A stretch of 64,000 bases of DNA. Source: the human T2T-CHM13v2.0 reference genome, Homo sapiens. The DNA is taken from assembly GCF_009914755.1 (NCBI RefSeq), contig NC_060930.1; one strand, given 5' to 3'. Below the pieces are notes generated by a model. It had not been told where the DNA came from, searched no databases, and saw only the letters and a list, made by a program, of their open reading frames with translations. The position numbers and the translations under genes are program-made. Positions 13,090 through 26,400 of this stretch are shown here, piece after piece; positions within the stretch are counted from its first letter, which is position 1, and every line of letters begins with the position of its first letter.

Positions 13090-13670
13090 ATCAGTGCCAG
13101 TAACATTGTGGTGAAGGTAATGTCCCACTTCCGTAGATGTATAAGCTAGAAACATATTTTAGGAAACAAACTAAGAAAAGAATCCAGAAAATCATAAAAA
13201 TTAACATGCTTTTTGATGTGGTAATTCCATTTCTAGAAATCCATAGAGAAAAAAAGCAATATTATCATAAAAATAAATATTTAGGGAAATGCTTTTCTCA
13301 GGATATTGCTTTGTGTCTCTCAGTAATGGGCATATTAAACACTACCCTCTGAACAATAAGAGAGTGTTGATGAATTTGTGGTATATTCACACAATAGAAA
13401 AATACACAATTATTCAAATGATGTTTTGCTAATTATGCCACAATGTGGAAAATATTAACTAAATAAGATAAATTAAATAATGCAAAATAAAAATAAAAAC
13501 ATAATATAAAATGACTTTATGTGTGCATGTGAGTGTGTATGAAGAAAGATTAGAAGAAAATATGCCAACATACTAATGGTAGTTGTGGACAGATTAAATA
13601 ATTAGGCAAGATTTTATTACCTCTCTTTCTGAGTTTCAAATTTTTCTGTAACACGAATATGTTTTATTTG
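13090..13670 (+). mobile_element. Old L1 (L1ME-like) 3' end fragment
   Basis: gtaattccatttctagaaatc…tgaatttgtggtatattcacacaatagaa…aatatgccaacatactaatggtagtt. Boundaries approximate. Confidence 0.6.
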
Positions 13671-14961
13671 TAAGGGGAAAAAACTCTTGATTTTAAAAAA
13701 TAATCGATTCCTAAGACAAAACATTTGCTTATTCATCATTTGTTAAACACTGTTGTGTCCAGCACACTACAATGAAAATAATTTTAGAATAGATTTTTCT
13801 TAATTAACCCCAGCTCTGAAAACCAATGTGAAAAATATTCTTGCTATTTAGTTTGTCATCAGGAATTTTAAATTAGTAGGCTACATTTGCTATCTGAAAC
13901 ATATGTGCTTTGCAAACATTTTCCTATTCATTTTCTTCCTGAATAATTATTTTAATTGGATAAGCAAGCAATTCAAATACACAGAAAAAATATGACATAA
14001 TACAGTTTTATATTAACAATATGCAGTGGCCACTTCTACTTGAAACATAAGAATCTTATAACACAACAGCTTAAGGTATGAACTTGATAGTTCAATGTCC
14101 GTTGTAAGTTGTCAGTTAGTTTGACTCCACTATACTGAAATAGGATTTCTGCCTGCCCAAGCAGTTCTGTGTTCCTCACTGAACAATCTCTTGAGTCCAG
14201 AATACAGCCAACAGGAAAAGCACAGGAGGATTATGAAGAGAACATGGTCATGTAGGAATAAATTCAACCTAAAGTTTGGGGGAAATGTGGGAACACAGAG
14301 AAGATGAAACATGGCATATTAGAACAAGATTATTTCCAATCCCTATATTCTCTGACCAGATACTGGAATGGAATATGTACAGAAAGTTCAATATAATAAA
14401 TGTAACTATAGAATATCTAAAATTTTAATCTGCCTTTCTATTTCCTAATAATAAGAATCAATAATATATTTTATCAGATATCAATTGTATTAAAATGAAA
14501 GAATAAAACACGATATGAAGTCCAGGGTCAGGCAAATGAAACTCAAAATGTCATGATAAAGTTATGTATTTTCTTTTGGAGTCAATAGTGCAACAGAAAT
14601 GTAGAACTAAAGTAATAGAGGAACTTAAAAATATAGTGCTTGGAGTCCAAAGATCACATACTGACCCTGAAGAGCTATTAATACTAGCTGGTAATATTCA
14701 TGCTATTAAACTTCATTATGCCCTTTCAGCATTCTTGGCTCAAACAGCTTAAAACATTACAAAGGCTTACTTGGTCAATATACTTCCCTGCCCAATAATC
14801 TGGGCAGTAGTCTTTTAAGAACATTGAGGCTCCCAGCACCTGTGATTTAAAAGCAGTGATGTGTTTGCCATCTGTTCAATCCGTCATTCACTCATCTGTA
14901 GCAGTGTCTCAAGTAAGGCCTATTATGTTCATAAGTGATGCCAGATGAAAATGAAATACCA

Positions 14962-15267
14962 GCTGGGCGCGGTGGCTCATGCCTGTAATCCCAGCACTTT
15001 GGTAGGCTGAGGAGTGCGGATCACTAGGTCAGGAGATCGAGACCATCCTGGCTAACACTGTGAAACCCCGTCTCTACTAAAAATACAAAAAAATTAGCCG
15101 GGTGTGGTAGCAGCCGCCTGTAGTACCAACTACTCGGGAGACTGAGGCAGGAGAGTGGCATGAACCCGGGAGGTGGAGCTCGCAGTGAGCAGAGATTGTG
15201 CCCACTCCAGCCTGGGCGACAGAGCGAGACTCCATCTCAAAAAAAAAAGAAAAAAAAAAAACAGAAA
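14962..15267 (+). mobile_element. AluY, full length, with a 15-bp target-site duplication
   Basis: Y-type motifs gatcgagaccatcctggctaacac and ggcatgaacccgggagg. TSD GAAAATGAAATACCA at 14947-14961 and 15268-15282. Confidence 0.95.
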
Positions 15268-16399
15268 GAAAATGAAATACCAATTTATATTGAAGGGAAA
15301 AGTTAATTTTCTGATAGCCTACTAGTGCTAGTACTGAAGTATCCTATCTCCTTTGTGGAACCTGCCTGATTGACAACTTTAGTCAACTATAATACTAGGA
15401 ATTTTGCTTTGTTTTTCAGCATGATTTATCTTCGGGTCTGAATCTGGAAGCCATAGAACTAGCGACTAATTCTCACATGTATTCAGCTCTATTTTCTCTA
15501 TTTATAGTAAAAAATAAATCTCATATGGCTGGTTCTCAGTGGATTTCTATCTTTCAGAAGATAACCTGGAATTCCTAGAATTCCGGTTGCTAGGAATTCA
15601 TCACTCAATCTGAGTTTAGATGAATAAAATCTACCTGGATCTGCTCGTAGAATTCAAGGAGCAGCTAGTGATTACACACACCTAAGAAGGACAGTCAATA
15701 GCTGATTATAACTTCCCAAACCTAAAAAGCTCACTGGAATATACCTCCTAGTAGTTAAAAAAAAATCATTCCTTGCCTGTGGTGTGAGAAAACAGGTACC
15801 TATTCATATTTCTTCTGGGTATTATATTTATCTTGAGTCCTGAATATTACTGGTGCGTGCATAGAATATATATTTGTTCAGAAATGTGCAAACCAAGGAA
15901 ATGTGCTCATCCTCCATAAGGGATAAAAGTTAATTGGACATGGTCCCTTAAGACAAAAGGCTTAAGTCAATTAGAGTAATAGGAAAATAAACACAAGTAA
16001 CATGAAGTACAAGGTGGCAAGAAATAAATAATAGTAGAGAGATACAAATGGAAGATTATACATGCAGGAAAGTATTTTTAATTGGTAGTATCAGACCAAC
16101 TTCTCAGAGACAGGAAAATGTATGAATGTTCATAGAAGGAAAAAGGATAAGCTCTGTTAGGATAACAGCAAGAACAAAGGCAAGATGCCACATTGTATAT
16201 GTAAAATAGAGAATGACTTGGTACAGATGAAGATGATAAAGGAAGAACTGGGTGAGAATATCAGATAACAGCTCACCATGATGTCCTGGCAACTTTGCAC
16301 ATATCCATACAGGCCATGCAGGTAAAGTTTTGAACCACAGTTAATTTAAGTTTTGGTAGGATGCTTTGTGATTCTCCCAGAACACAGAAAGACGGGAGG

Positions 16400-16780
16400 C
16401 TTGTAAAGACCTGCTGTGAGACCACCTCCCACATGGCTCCCTATCTCTCCCAGGAGGATGTCAAGAGGCAGCTTCTCATCACCTCCTGATTCCGCCTAAA
16501 GCTGCCTGGAATGGAGCTGCAGACCACAAAATCATTTTGCTGTAGTCTGGATTAGCTCCTCAGCAATGACGTGTCCCCAACTTGTGTTGCATTATCTGGC
16601 CCCTTTTGTTTGGGCTTCATCCTTTTTGGTGTGTGGGGCAACAACCTTGGAGAGCTGGAACCTCTGGCTACTCTTACATTTGCTATGAAAGTAATAAATT
16701 GTCTCAATCTCAAAAAGGGATCATTGCATCTTTACTGTTGGAATTGTTTAGGCCTTGGTCATGACCTTGCCTTGATGTAC
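16400..16780 (+). mobile_element. Probable old LTR remnant (family uncertain)
   Basis: Locally GC-richer block with AATAAA at about 16693 followed by a U5-like segment. Confidence 0.4.
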
Positions 16781-16987
16781 GCTTAATAGGCAGTTAGGAA
16801 AGACGATTCAGAAAAAGAATTTAAAAACTTTAATTGAAGGTTAACACTTGTAGAGTACATTCAGTGTACTCTACAGAGTCATTGTAAAGCCACTCAATAT
16901 TTTAAATAGGTTATGACATGAAAAGTTGAATGAAATCTGTTGACTATTTTGGAAAGAGGTAATATTAGAGGCAAATTAATTATTTTT

Positions 16988-17500
16988 GTCAAAGTTTTTC
17001 ATTTTCACCTCAGGACTCCTTTAAAATCTTAACTATTAAAACTCCCAAACAGCTTTTATTTACGTAGCTTCTTTCTATTGATGCTTATCATTTTAAAAAA
17101 ATTAAAGCTGAGGAAATTTTTAAAATATGGTATTATTTATGCATTTATTAAAAATAATAAACCTATTAAATGTTAACATAAATAACATATTTTTATGATC
17201 GATACACTTCCCAATACAAAAATATGGTGAAATGAGTGACTTTTTTATTACTTTTGTGACTATTATTAATGTCTGGTTTAATGAGAAAGCAATAGGATTT
17301 GCACATCTGCTTGGGCGTTTACTGTGTTGTATTATTACCATTGTTTATCCTCTAGAAGTCTCACTCAAGTGAGAACGACAGTGAGAAAGGCAAATGAAAA
17401 CTTCCTATCATTTATAAAAATAATTTTAACCTTATAGAACCACTGAAAAGATCTCAGAGACCCACAGGAGTCCTTGACCACTGATTTTGGAGATTATTGA
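16988..17500 (-). mobile_element. Charlie1-type hAT DNA transposon derivative
   Basis: Right end (aaaataattttaacct…cactgaaaagatctcagagacccacaggagtccttgaccac…) is the reverse complement of the Charlie1 5' end; internal attaaagctgaggaaattttt motif. Confidence 0.7.
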
Positions 17501-18335
17501 TCTAGTTTACATGAGAAGTTAGTAAGACCAACATGAGGTCACAAATGGCAATGTGAGATCACAAATAAAGAACTGGATCCTGTGAATGATGATTAGTTGT
17601 TCTAATTATTATAGGAAGAATTAAACAAAAGGATAGCTCAGGAAAAGTGAAAATTCTGGAGGACTAAATGTCAGGGGAAAAAGAAAAAAATGGGGTTGAA
17701 GCTGATACCAATATTTCAGTCTTGCTGCCTACAAGGAGTGTTTTATATGTTTTTTAGCTGGTCATGGACACTGGATCTCTTGAATCTACAAAAGCACAGC
17801 TCATCCCAAGCTCCTCCAATATTGCATATTGATTATGGACAATGTTTCAAAAGGAGAAAAAATGAAAAGCGGTATATAAGCCAGAAAAAATAGAACAAAA
17901 AAATCCGAGAGGCAGAGCAATGGGAGAAAAAAAAAACAGATAAAAAGCTTAAAGCTGTGAAATTGAAACTTGACTACTGTTTTATATACCCCAAAGGCTT
18001 AGAAGACTTTGATTTGAATGCCGATGAGAATGAGTCTGTATTTTACATAGTTCTGAAATTTGATAAAACTGTCAACAGAGTAGGAGCCCTAGGATTTTGA
18101 GAAGCTATGTTTTATTCCTTATATCTTGAGAAAGACTAGATTAAAATTACTTTCAAAAAGTAGCTCACCCTTCTGTGTGAGGTGAAGTAGAAAAAGCACA
18201 TTCATGCAAAATGTATGCACATAATAGATCCAGTTATCCAAGGGGAATATAGACAGAATAGCAGTCAAAACCCAACTCAGGATATTGGTAAATTGTACTC
18301 ACAAAAGGCTCAGTGGGATTTTGCATAAAACATAC

Positions 18336-18365
18336 CTTCCTTCTTTTCATCCTTCTTAGCTGCTG
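18336..18365 (-). CDS. TRDN: Triadin micro-exon, 30 nt (probably exon 14): (A)AAKKDEKKE
   Basis: Minus strand: ttttcattacttcag|CAGCAGCTAAGAAGGATGAAAAGAAGGAAG|gtatgt. Phase 1-1, in frame with its neighbours. Confidence 0.95.
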
Positions 18366-21300
18366 CTGAAGTAATGAAAATAGCGTTAAGGCATATGAAA
18401 TGACCATTCCTCAGAATACTCCCCAGAATATGAGAATGTATTCCACATATTCATAAATTCAGTGGTCACCTATACACTAATCAATTCATCCAAATCTATG
18501 ACAGGAGTGTAAGCAGAAAATATTACTTCATATAAAGATATTTGTAAACTCAGAAATAAGCATTAGCAAAAGAAGAAAAAAATATATGGAGTTACGTAGA
18601 CAAGAAGTCAAATTTATATGTATATGCTTAGTGTAAATTCATTTTAGATTTTAAATTTTATATCTGAGGAAACCACAATCTCTTCTAGAAGGTCGTAAAA
18701 TATAGGCTGTGACTGGATTAATCAAAAAAAGTGGAAGTGATATTCCAAAAATTATCTATGCTTAGCTACTGAGGAATTATATACTAGTCTGCAGTCTACA
18801 TTTGCACTTATAATAACCATGTATAAAATGCCCAATTTCAGGAAGGGAAAATAAATATCCTACCCTCCTTTTAGCAAACTTATGCCTTCTTTTACATAGA
18901 GAAAAAGGTACAGAACACTTTAATCACCTTTGAATTCTGGCTTCCTCTGTGCTGATATTTATCCAATTCTGGACCATGAATCTAAATCTGGATCCACGTT
19001 GTTGCTTATGGGTATTACCAGAAATATTTGGGAGAGGTGCTCAACAGGCTTAGAATTGCTCCAAGCAATATGACCCCTGGTTCTGTGTAATGTTTATCCA
19101 GGAGCCAAAATCATTCAGGGGTATCTTAGGCCACATTAGTTGAATTTGAGATTGTGCATATTCCAGTATGGTAATCTCACCTCAGCGGGATAGAATGTTG
19201 GGGATCACTTAGAAACAACACTTAGAAAACACTTAGAAACAACTGCTATGGACATTTGCTCTGTGCTACAATTGCCAAAGCTCTTTCAGGTACATCCTCT
19301 TATTGGGTCTTCATCCTGACCTTGTTATAAAAGGCAGCCCAGAGCAGAAAATGAAGCCTCTGAAACATTAAAATAATTTGCAGAGTATAAGCAGCAGAAT
19401 TGGCTCTAAAAATCAGGAATAAAAGACAGGAAGAAAATGTATTTTAATTTACCACAGGTTATTTTTCTCTATTTTCTAAATGTTATTGACGTGCTATTAC
19501 TTTTGTAGTAGAAAAGTGAATTTACAAATAAGTTAATTCTACTTTGGGACATTTGTTTCTTTTTGATGTGGTTTTAACTAATAATACACAAAATGTATAG
19601 CAGATTTATATTTACAATGTTTTTAAGTTAAGAAATTGTTTATTCCAATGATATAATAAGGATAAAAACAAAGATAACACCGAAAATGAATTAAATGATA
19701 TGGACATGGCCTGATGAATTTCAAAGCCATGAGGTTTAATTTTAGTAAGTCTCTGAGTTTGACTCAACAGACTTTGTTGTTGATTCTTTACATTGAAAAT
19801 AAGAATTTCCTTCAAAAAATTTTACAATTTTCAAAATCATCCAATCATGATTTGGATGGATGGGTATGGGGAACTCTCTAAAGAAAGACAAAATGAAACA
19901 ACATAAAATTACCCCCTCGAAGGAGCTCTGGTCAATGAATTGCTCTGAACGCTAAACTTCATCAATTTAACCATAAACACACATCTAAAGGGCAACCTGA
20001 CAAAGGCCTTGACCAACGCCAAAAAGAGGGCTCAGAATGTGAATACATTTAGCAAAACTGTAGTTTCTTACAAATTCTACAGACAAGAAAGCCTCTGAAA
20101 CTTAAATTCCTTCAAGATTAGTAAAATCTTGTTAAATTACAACAAATTTTTGGATTTCTAAAATAATACATGAAAAACAATCTGTACATATGCATATAGA
20201 GATGCAAGCATGCATGTATGCACATGTATCTTCTTTTTTCCCATTCTTATATATTTGATAGTTTCAGTTTCCAGTTTTCAGCGACAATGGAGATAGTTGA
20301 ATGAAGGAATTTGACCTATTCCATCATAACTGATTCTGGTTTCTGTTGTTGCCCTGGATCCCTTGAAGGTGCATGGCTTTTATTTATTGCCAACTGGAAA
20401 GCCATGTTATCTACCAAGCTGGATTCCAGGCCCACAAGCTAATCAAAGCCAGGGTCTCGGGATTCAATTGTTTCTAGAACGGTTTTGTAGCTTGTGTTCC
20501 ACGTGTCCCACTTCTGGTCCTCAAATTCAGCTTGCCTGGTTCTAATCTACTTAACTCTGTTATGGGATTGGATGACTCCTGAATTTACTGAGTAGACATG
20601 GTTCTCAATAACTGGGTTTTTGGTTTTCACATTGTAAAAAGACTGGAATGGCTAACATTCTAGTTTTGTTGATGTTGTTCTCTTTCTGTGTTCTTCCTAT
20701 AGTATCCAGGAGATTCTTAATGTTTGCTTCAGGAATCCAGAAGAAAAAAGCCAGTGGAAATACACTAACACAGAGTGCACATACCCCATCTTTTAAGCCG
20801 AGTTCCATTACGGCATGTGTTCTCTCTTTGGCATTTTAATATCACTAGGTGTCTACCTCATCATTGCACCTAACTGATTAAAAAAATAATTCCCCATCTC
20901 TCTCCTTCCTTTCCAATTTGGGTCTATATCAATTTCTTCCAACAATTTTTTATGTAATACCTGTGAACTAGATTGATCCCCCATCTAAATTCTAATTGGC
21001 TCCAAAAAAATTATTGTCCAATTATTTTACTTTTGCTCAACATTCATCCACTGAAGAATGAATCATCTTTTCCCTTCAGCTAGTTTTTTCCCTTCAGCTA
21101 GTTTCTTCCCCTGAAACTTAATATTTTTAACAATTACCATCTCCTAATTACCCAGTTTCCAAAGCTCAGTATCATTTTTATTCTTTCCTTTGTTTCTTTT
21201 GATATACTCTATCAGATATTAGTTCTTCAAAATGTTAATGACATTTGTGCTTTTTTTCTTATGTCATTGCCACCATCCTAGTTGAGGTTATTGTCTCATG

Positions 21301-23437
21301 TCTTAATAGAAACAAAAGCCATTCCTTATATCTACCTAAATTTCTTAGATCTCCAAATTGGAATTTCCTGTAGTAGTGAGATATTTATTTTGTTGCCTCC
21401 TCAGTGTCTCAAAACTTTGTTAAAATAATTTCCTTAAATTATTTTAAAATTCCAAAGAATATATGCTAAATCTTAATAATAGTTATAAATAAATATGAAC
21501 ATATATACATACATATGTATGGAAAGCCAGATTTTTAATATGTCCTTTGTTGTAAAAGTTAAAAATAAATAAATGAACAGATCTAATCTAGCCTTTTACC
21601 ATGCCACAAAGATCATGATCAATTTTGTCACTTTATACTTCAAAAAATCAGTCTACTATAGGATTATTGCCAATTTTAAGTTTTGTCTCCACGTGAAGTA
21701 CTTGCAAATATTAATTATTTATATGCATAATTTAATTATATGCCTATGGCATTAAAATAAACATATCTAAGAAAGATCTATGGAGGATTTGCAAAGACGC
21801 GAATGATATGCAGTTCTGCTTTGATGTGTCCCTGCATTGGTGTGTCATTTTTATTTTAGTAAACGCATACACAGAATACCTCACTCTTGCCTTGTTCACT
21901 GTGCTTCATCAATCTTTTCATCCAATTTCCTTCCAAGGATAATTCTAACAAGACTTTGAAACTCTTGGTTACTATTTCCTCAAAAATAAATATTTTATTC
22001 CAAAATGATAAGCTCTAAGGTTGACTTGTCCAATGTAGTTTAAATCTTGAATGGTTAAATGTAGTTTAAAGAGCCCATGGCCTCAAGCTCAAATATGAAT
22101 CAAATTTTCAGATATCTCTTCATTTTCCTCCTCATGAATGCCTCTAACATGAGGCTGAAGTAACTAACACAAAATTCTTGCCTCAAGTCGTAGTTCCACA
22201 TCTACACTATGGTCCTCAGAAGTCTCAGTCAAACAGAATGAGCCTAAGGTGATTGTGGTTTTCTATGAAAACATATATACACTAATAGCAATGATTTCTT
22301 AAACTGGTAGTCATTGGCTTGAGGAACTCACCCTGACCTGCATTTTCATGTATTAAAAAACCAAAGGTAATAATATTTGTCCTGCCTTTCTATCGTTCAT
22401 AATATTTACTATATTCCCTATCAGAACTTTCCTAAAGAAAAACAAGTTTTTCAATGTGAAAACTAAAAACTGGTATCATAGCTTTTAATCATTCTAGCTT
22501 ATTTTGCTCACAGACAACATCCTCGAGTCAAATGGCATTTAACAAACCCATGTTACCAATATTTTCGGGGGTGATTCTGCATGTTGCTGGGTCCAAGATT
22601 AAATACAAGAGAAAAATTTTGCTCAGATGTAATACATTCGGTCATACATCATGTGATGTGCTAAGAAGTCTGCTATGAGAGCCTTCTACCCCTGAAAATT
22701 GTACCACCACCTATGTGCATCTCCTTTATTGCTTGATATTATATAATCTAGCATAGAAGAGATGATAAAGATCTTCTCCAGTAAATATTGTATCTTTTAT
22801 TTTCTAAGTGTGTTCCATAAAGTTTTGCCACATAACAAAGGCAGAACACTTGAACCCTTCCCTCATGCTTTCATCAAATTAATCCTCATGGTGTGAGACG
22901 AAACCACTTTAGTTATCCTGAAGATATTTGTAAATGGTGAAATTAATTTTCTTAGATGGCTCATAAAAATAGGATAATTATTTTGTAGCCATATCTGGAA
23001 CCCCATTTTTACAGTTTTGATGTTTATGAAGTAATATTGCTTTAATAACATTCTGATCTTCTCATGTAACATAAATTACAAGGTATACTGAAAATTATAG
23101 AAAAGTGTACATTATTTTATATCTGTATTTGTATTTCTTTATGCACATCAATGGATTATTTTTAAAAATATACATAAAGCTCAAATACTGAAACTTGGAG
23201 CCAAGACTAGTTCTTGGGTCCTTCAGCAGTTCCTCTGCAAATTTGGCATTACTCTCAGTCATGCTTGCTCCAATTACTAAATAAATACTTGAACTGTGTA
23301 TTTTCATTCAACAATATTTTTTTTTTAATATCCCAGCAGATGGTGCTATTCTGCAATAAACAGCTTTTGCTTTTGTCAATAAAGTGCTATAGATGTTTAA
23401 AAAAAGGCAATGCTTTTTAAAGTGTTTTATTGCTTAC

Positions 23438-23491
23438 CTTGTGCTGCAATTTTTACAGTCCCTTGTTTGGTTTCAGAAGCTTTTCCCGGCT
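23438..23491 (-). CDS. TRDN: Triadin micro-exon, 54 nt (probably exon 13): (E)PGKASETKQGTVKIAAQ
   Basis: Minus strand: ttttttcattccaag|AGCCGGGAAAAGCTTCTGAAACCAAACAAGGGACTGTAAAAATTGCAGCACAAG|gtaagc. Phase 1-1. Confidence 0.96.
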
Positions 23492-26400
23492 CTTGGAATG
23501 AAAAAAACATAAATTACCATGAAGTATGATTTTGGAAAAATATATAAATAAAAAAGGGACAGGGGAGCACAAACACAAACGAGCATAAAAAGTGTTGCTT
23601 TTGACACGAAGAATTTTTGTTAAGACATAAACTTATTAGAGGAATTGCTGAGAATGGAGCTTACTGAAAGAAAAACATGACTGAAGCAATTTAAATCATA
23701 AGATAAAGATTCCAAACACTGTTTTGCCTCACTGTTAACTGGCCATGGAATATCACTTTGCATTTGTTGAGCATCTGAATTTGAAAATCTCAGAATTCTA
23801 TTTAAATTATGTCTGTATTATCAGCCCTTTGAAATCGATGGCACATGTAGAACCAAATAAGATGACTTACTGAAGGTCCCTTAGTGACTAATGTGAGAAT
23901 AAAGCCTGAAACAACCAATCCCAAGTTCAAGCCTTTGACTCTAAAATGCCCTTCCCTAAACTGCAGTGGCACCAATCACTATTAGTGTGGCCCTGGGCAA
24001 AATATATCCGAGAGAATGAGCAAGCTTCATTATGAATCTTTCTTCCCTCTTGTTCTAAGTTTTTTTTGCTATGTTTTTCTCCTTTGTTCAGAATTTTTCC
24101 TTTAAAGAAAAAGGATTTATTAAAAAAAAACTTATATGATAAACATTTAAATATACTTAATCAGAATGGGAAATAATGGGTAAATAAAAATTTCAAAAAA
24201 TAACGGCTCACTTCACATTTGACTTAGTATGGTTTCTGATTGTCTTTACTGTTTTCAATTATTGAATTATTATTTAATAATGGAAAGTAAGATTGGGTCA
24301 TTTGTTTTAGATATTCACTTTCATTCATTCATCCATCACATGTTTAGCAATAATTATGTGTGGACACGAAGTTAGGTGGATATGTAGTAGTTGATTCACA
24401 TATATATTCAATCTTTCATTTAATTATTGTCAAGTGTTGATTATAACTTGTTTAATGTTGATTTGATTTCTAATTCATGCTTTACCTCTTGTTGGTAAGA
24501 TAATTATTCATTTATATATAAACATGATTATAAAAATGCTAATTTTATTTGTTGTTACATAAAATAAATATTACTTGATTCATAAATAATTCTAATTACT
24601 ATAGCTATTTATTCAGAGAAAATATCTTTTGCCAAAACTGAATTCAGTCTACCCTTGATATTTACATAATTAATTTTTTTTCTGGAGGAAAACTGCATGC
24701 ATGCTAGTACCATCTTTGTCAAACCTAGACTAAATGGTCTCAATTAGTAATTATATATAACTGACATTTAGTAGACAAGTATTAAATAATTGTTGACTAA
24801 AACAAATGGAAGAAAAGAAGAAAATAATATGCCCAAAAATTTCAACAAATGAGCATCATTCTGCTCAGATGTTTTACTTCTTGGAGATCTCAAAATATTA
24901 GAAAATTATACTGCAATTTGTAATTAAATTTTAAAGAAAAAGATTTTAAAATATCAGTATGTAAAGTACCTTAGAATTTGTAGAAATATTTGCAAAAATT
25001 TGCAGCCAATTTTCCTCTTATCTTCTCCTTTTTCTTTATATCCTCTTAAATCACTGATCCTAAACAACCTCATCACACCTAAGATTCTATTAGAGCACGG
25101 AGGTCACACACACCTGCAAATTATGTAGTGCTTTTCCTAGGGCCTTATCACTTCTCCCACAGACTGTTTGGTTTCTCTGTCAGCTGCTTTCTCCCTCAGC
25201 GGTCAGGTTCAGAAACATGCCCCTGAGTGCTGAGTTTTCCCATTTGAGTGTCCCAACAGGCTGGTCATCTCTCAATGGGGTTTACCTCTTTAATAACCTT
25301 AGCCTGTCCTGGGTTGGGCTGTGTGCACATAGATTGGGCATGTTTTAGGGTTCCTTATCTATGGGCTCTTCTTTCTACTAAGACTTAGTTCCCTCCCTAA
25401 GCCTTCCCTGCCCCTCATTGTCCCGCGTCCAACACATGCCAAAGAAAACAGTCCACAAATGCACACTGATGCATTGAAGATACTGTTTCCAGGTAAAAGT
25501 GTATTTTAAAGAGGTCATTCTACAATGTCTACCTGCAAAAGAAAGATTTCAATGGAGGAAAATCTCGGGATCATAGCAGTATCATGTTTGTCCCTCATAA
25601 CTCCATCTATTCCTTCTCTGATTTTAAGCTTTAAAGTTCATTTATGAGGTTGGTGCAAATGCAATTGCAGTTGCACGAACCTCAATTGCGTTTTCACCCG
25701 TCTAAAATATTAGTTCACAAACTACTACATGATCTACATCTCAATAGAAATTAACAGTTTAAAACCAAATGCCTTTTCAGTAAGTCTGCCAGCTTGCATC
25801 CAACCAACAAAAATATCATCCTTGAAACTATTGAGGACACATGCAAAGAAGATCAGATTTGACATCTGCTCTCGCACAGCATTTCCATTTTCAAAATTGC
25901 ATGACATTAGGGGAGGAATCGACCCTGAGTCCATACATGTACAACACAAGAAGGCTGCACCAAATATTGTACTACTGAAAACACATTAATCCAGACAGAC
26001 AAATTTTCATTATAAATAATTTTTCTGTCTCCTTTTGATTTCTGCCAACTACAAAAGAAACTACATTTTTGTTAGGGAAAATTCTAAACCTATACAAAAA
26101 TAAAAAAGACAGGATAATGAGCCCACCGTTTCCAACACCTACTACAGTATTTCATCTGTACTGCCTCCACTACACATATTCTAATGAAAATTTCATCATA
26201 TCAAATGATTTTATCTTGTCATAGTTTTGTTTATAGCTGTGTTTTTGGAAATAAAGTACAATGACTTAAATAAAAAACAGATGACCATAACAATATTCAA
26301 CTAAAGATTATAGTAATTCTGAAATTGATAAATAGTATTTTGGACTTTTAAATCAGAGACAGGATGGACCTAGATTAAAATGTCAGTATAATTCACTTGG

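Noticed and set aside
19206-19243. Short direct repeats as a CRISPR-like array
   Set aside because: Eukaryotic DNA, 10-bp units and no spacers; best explained by slippage duplication.
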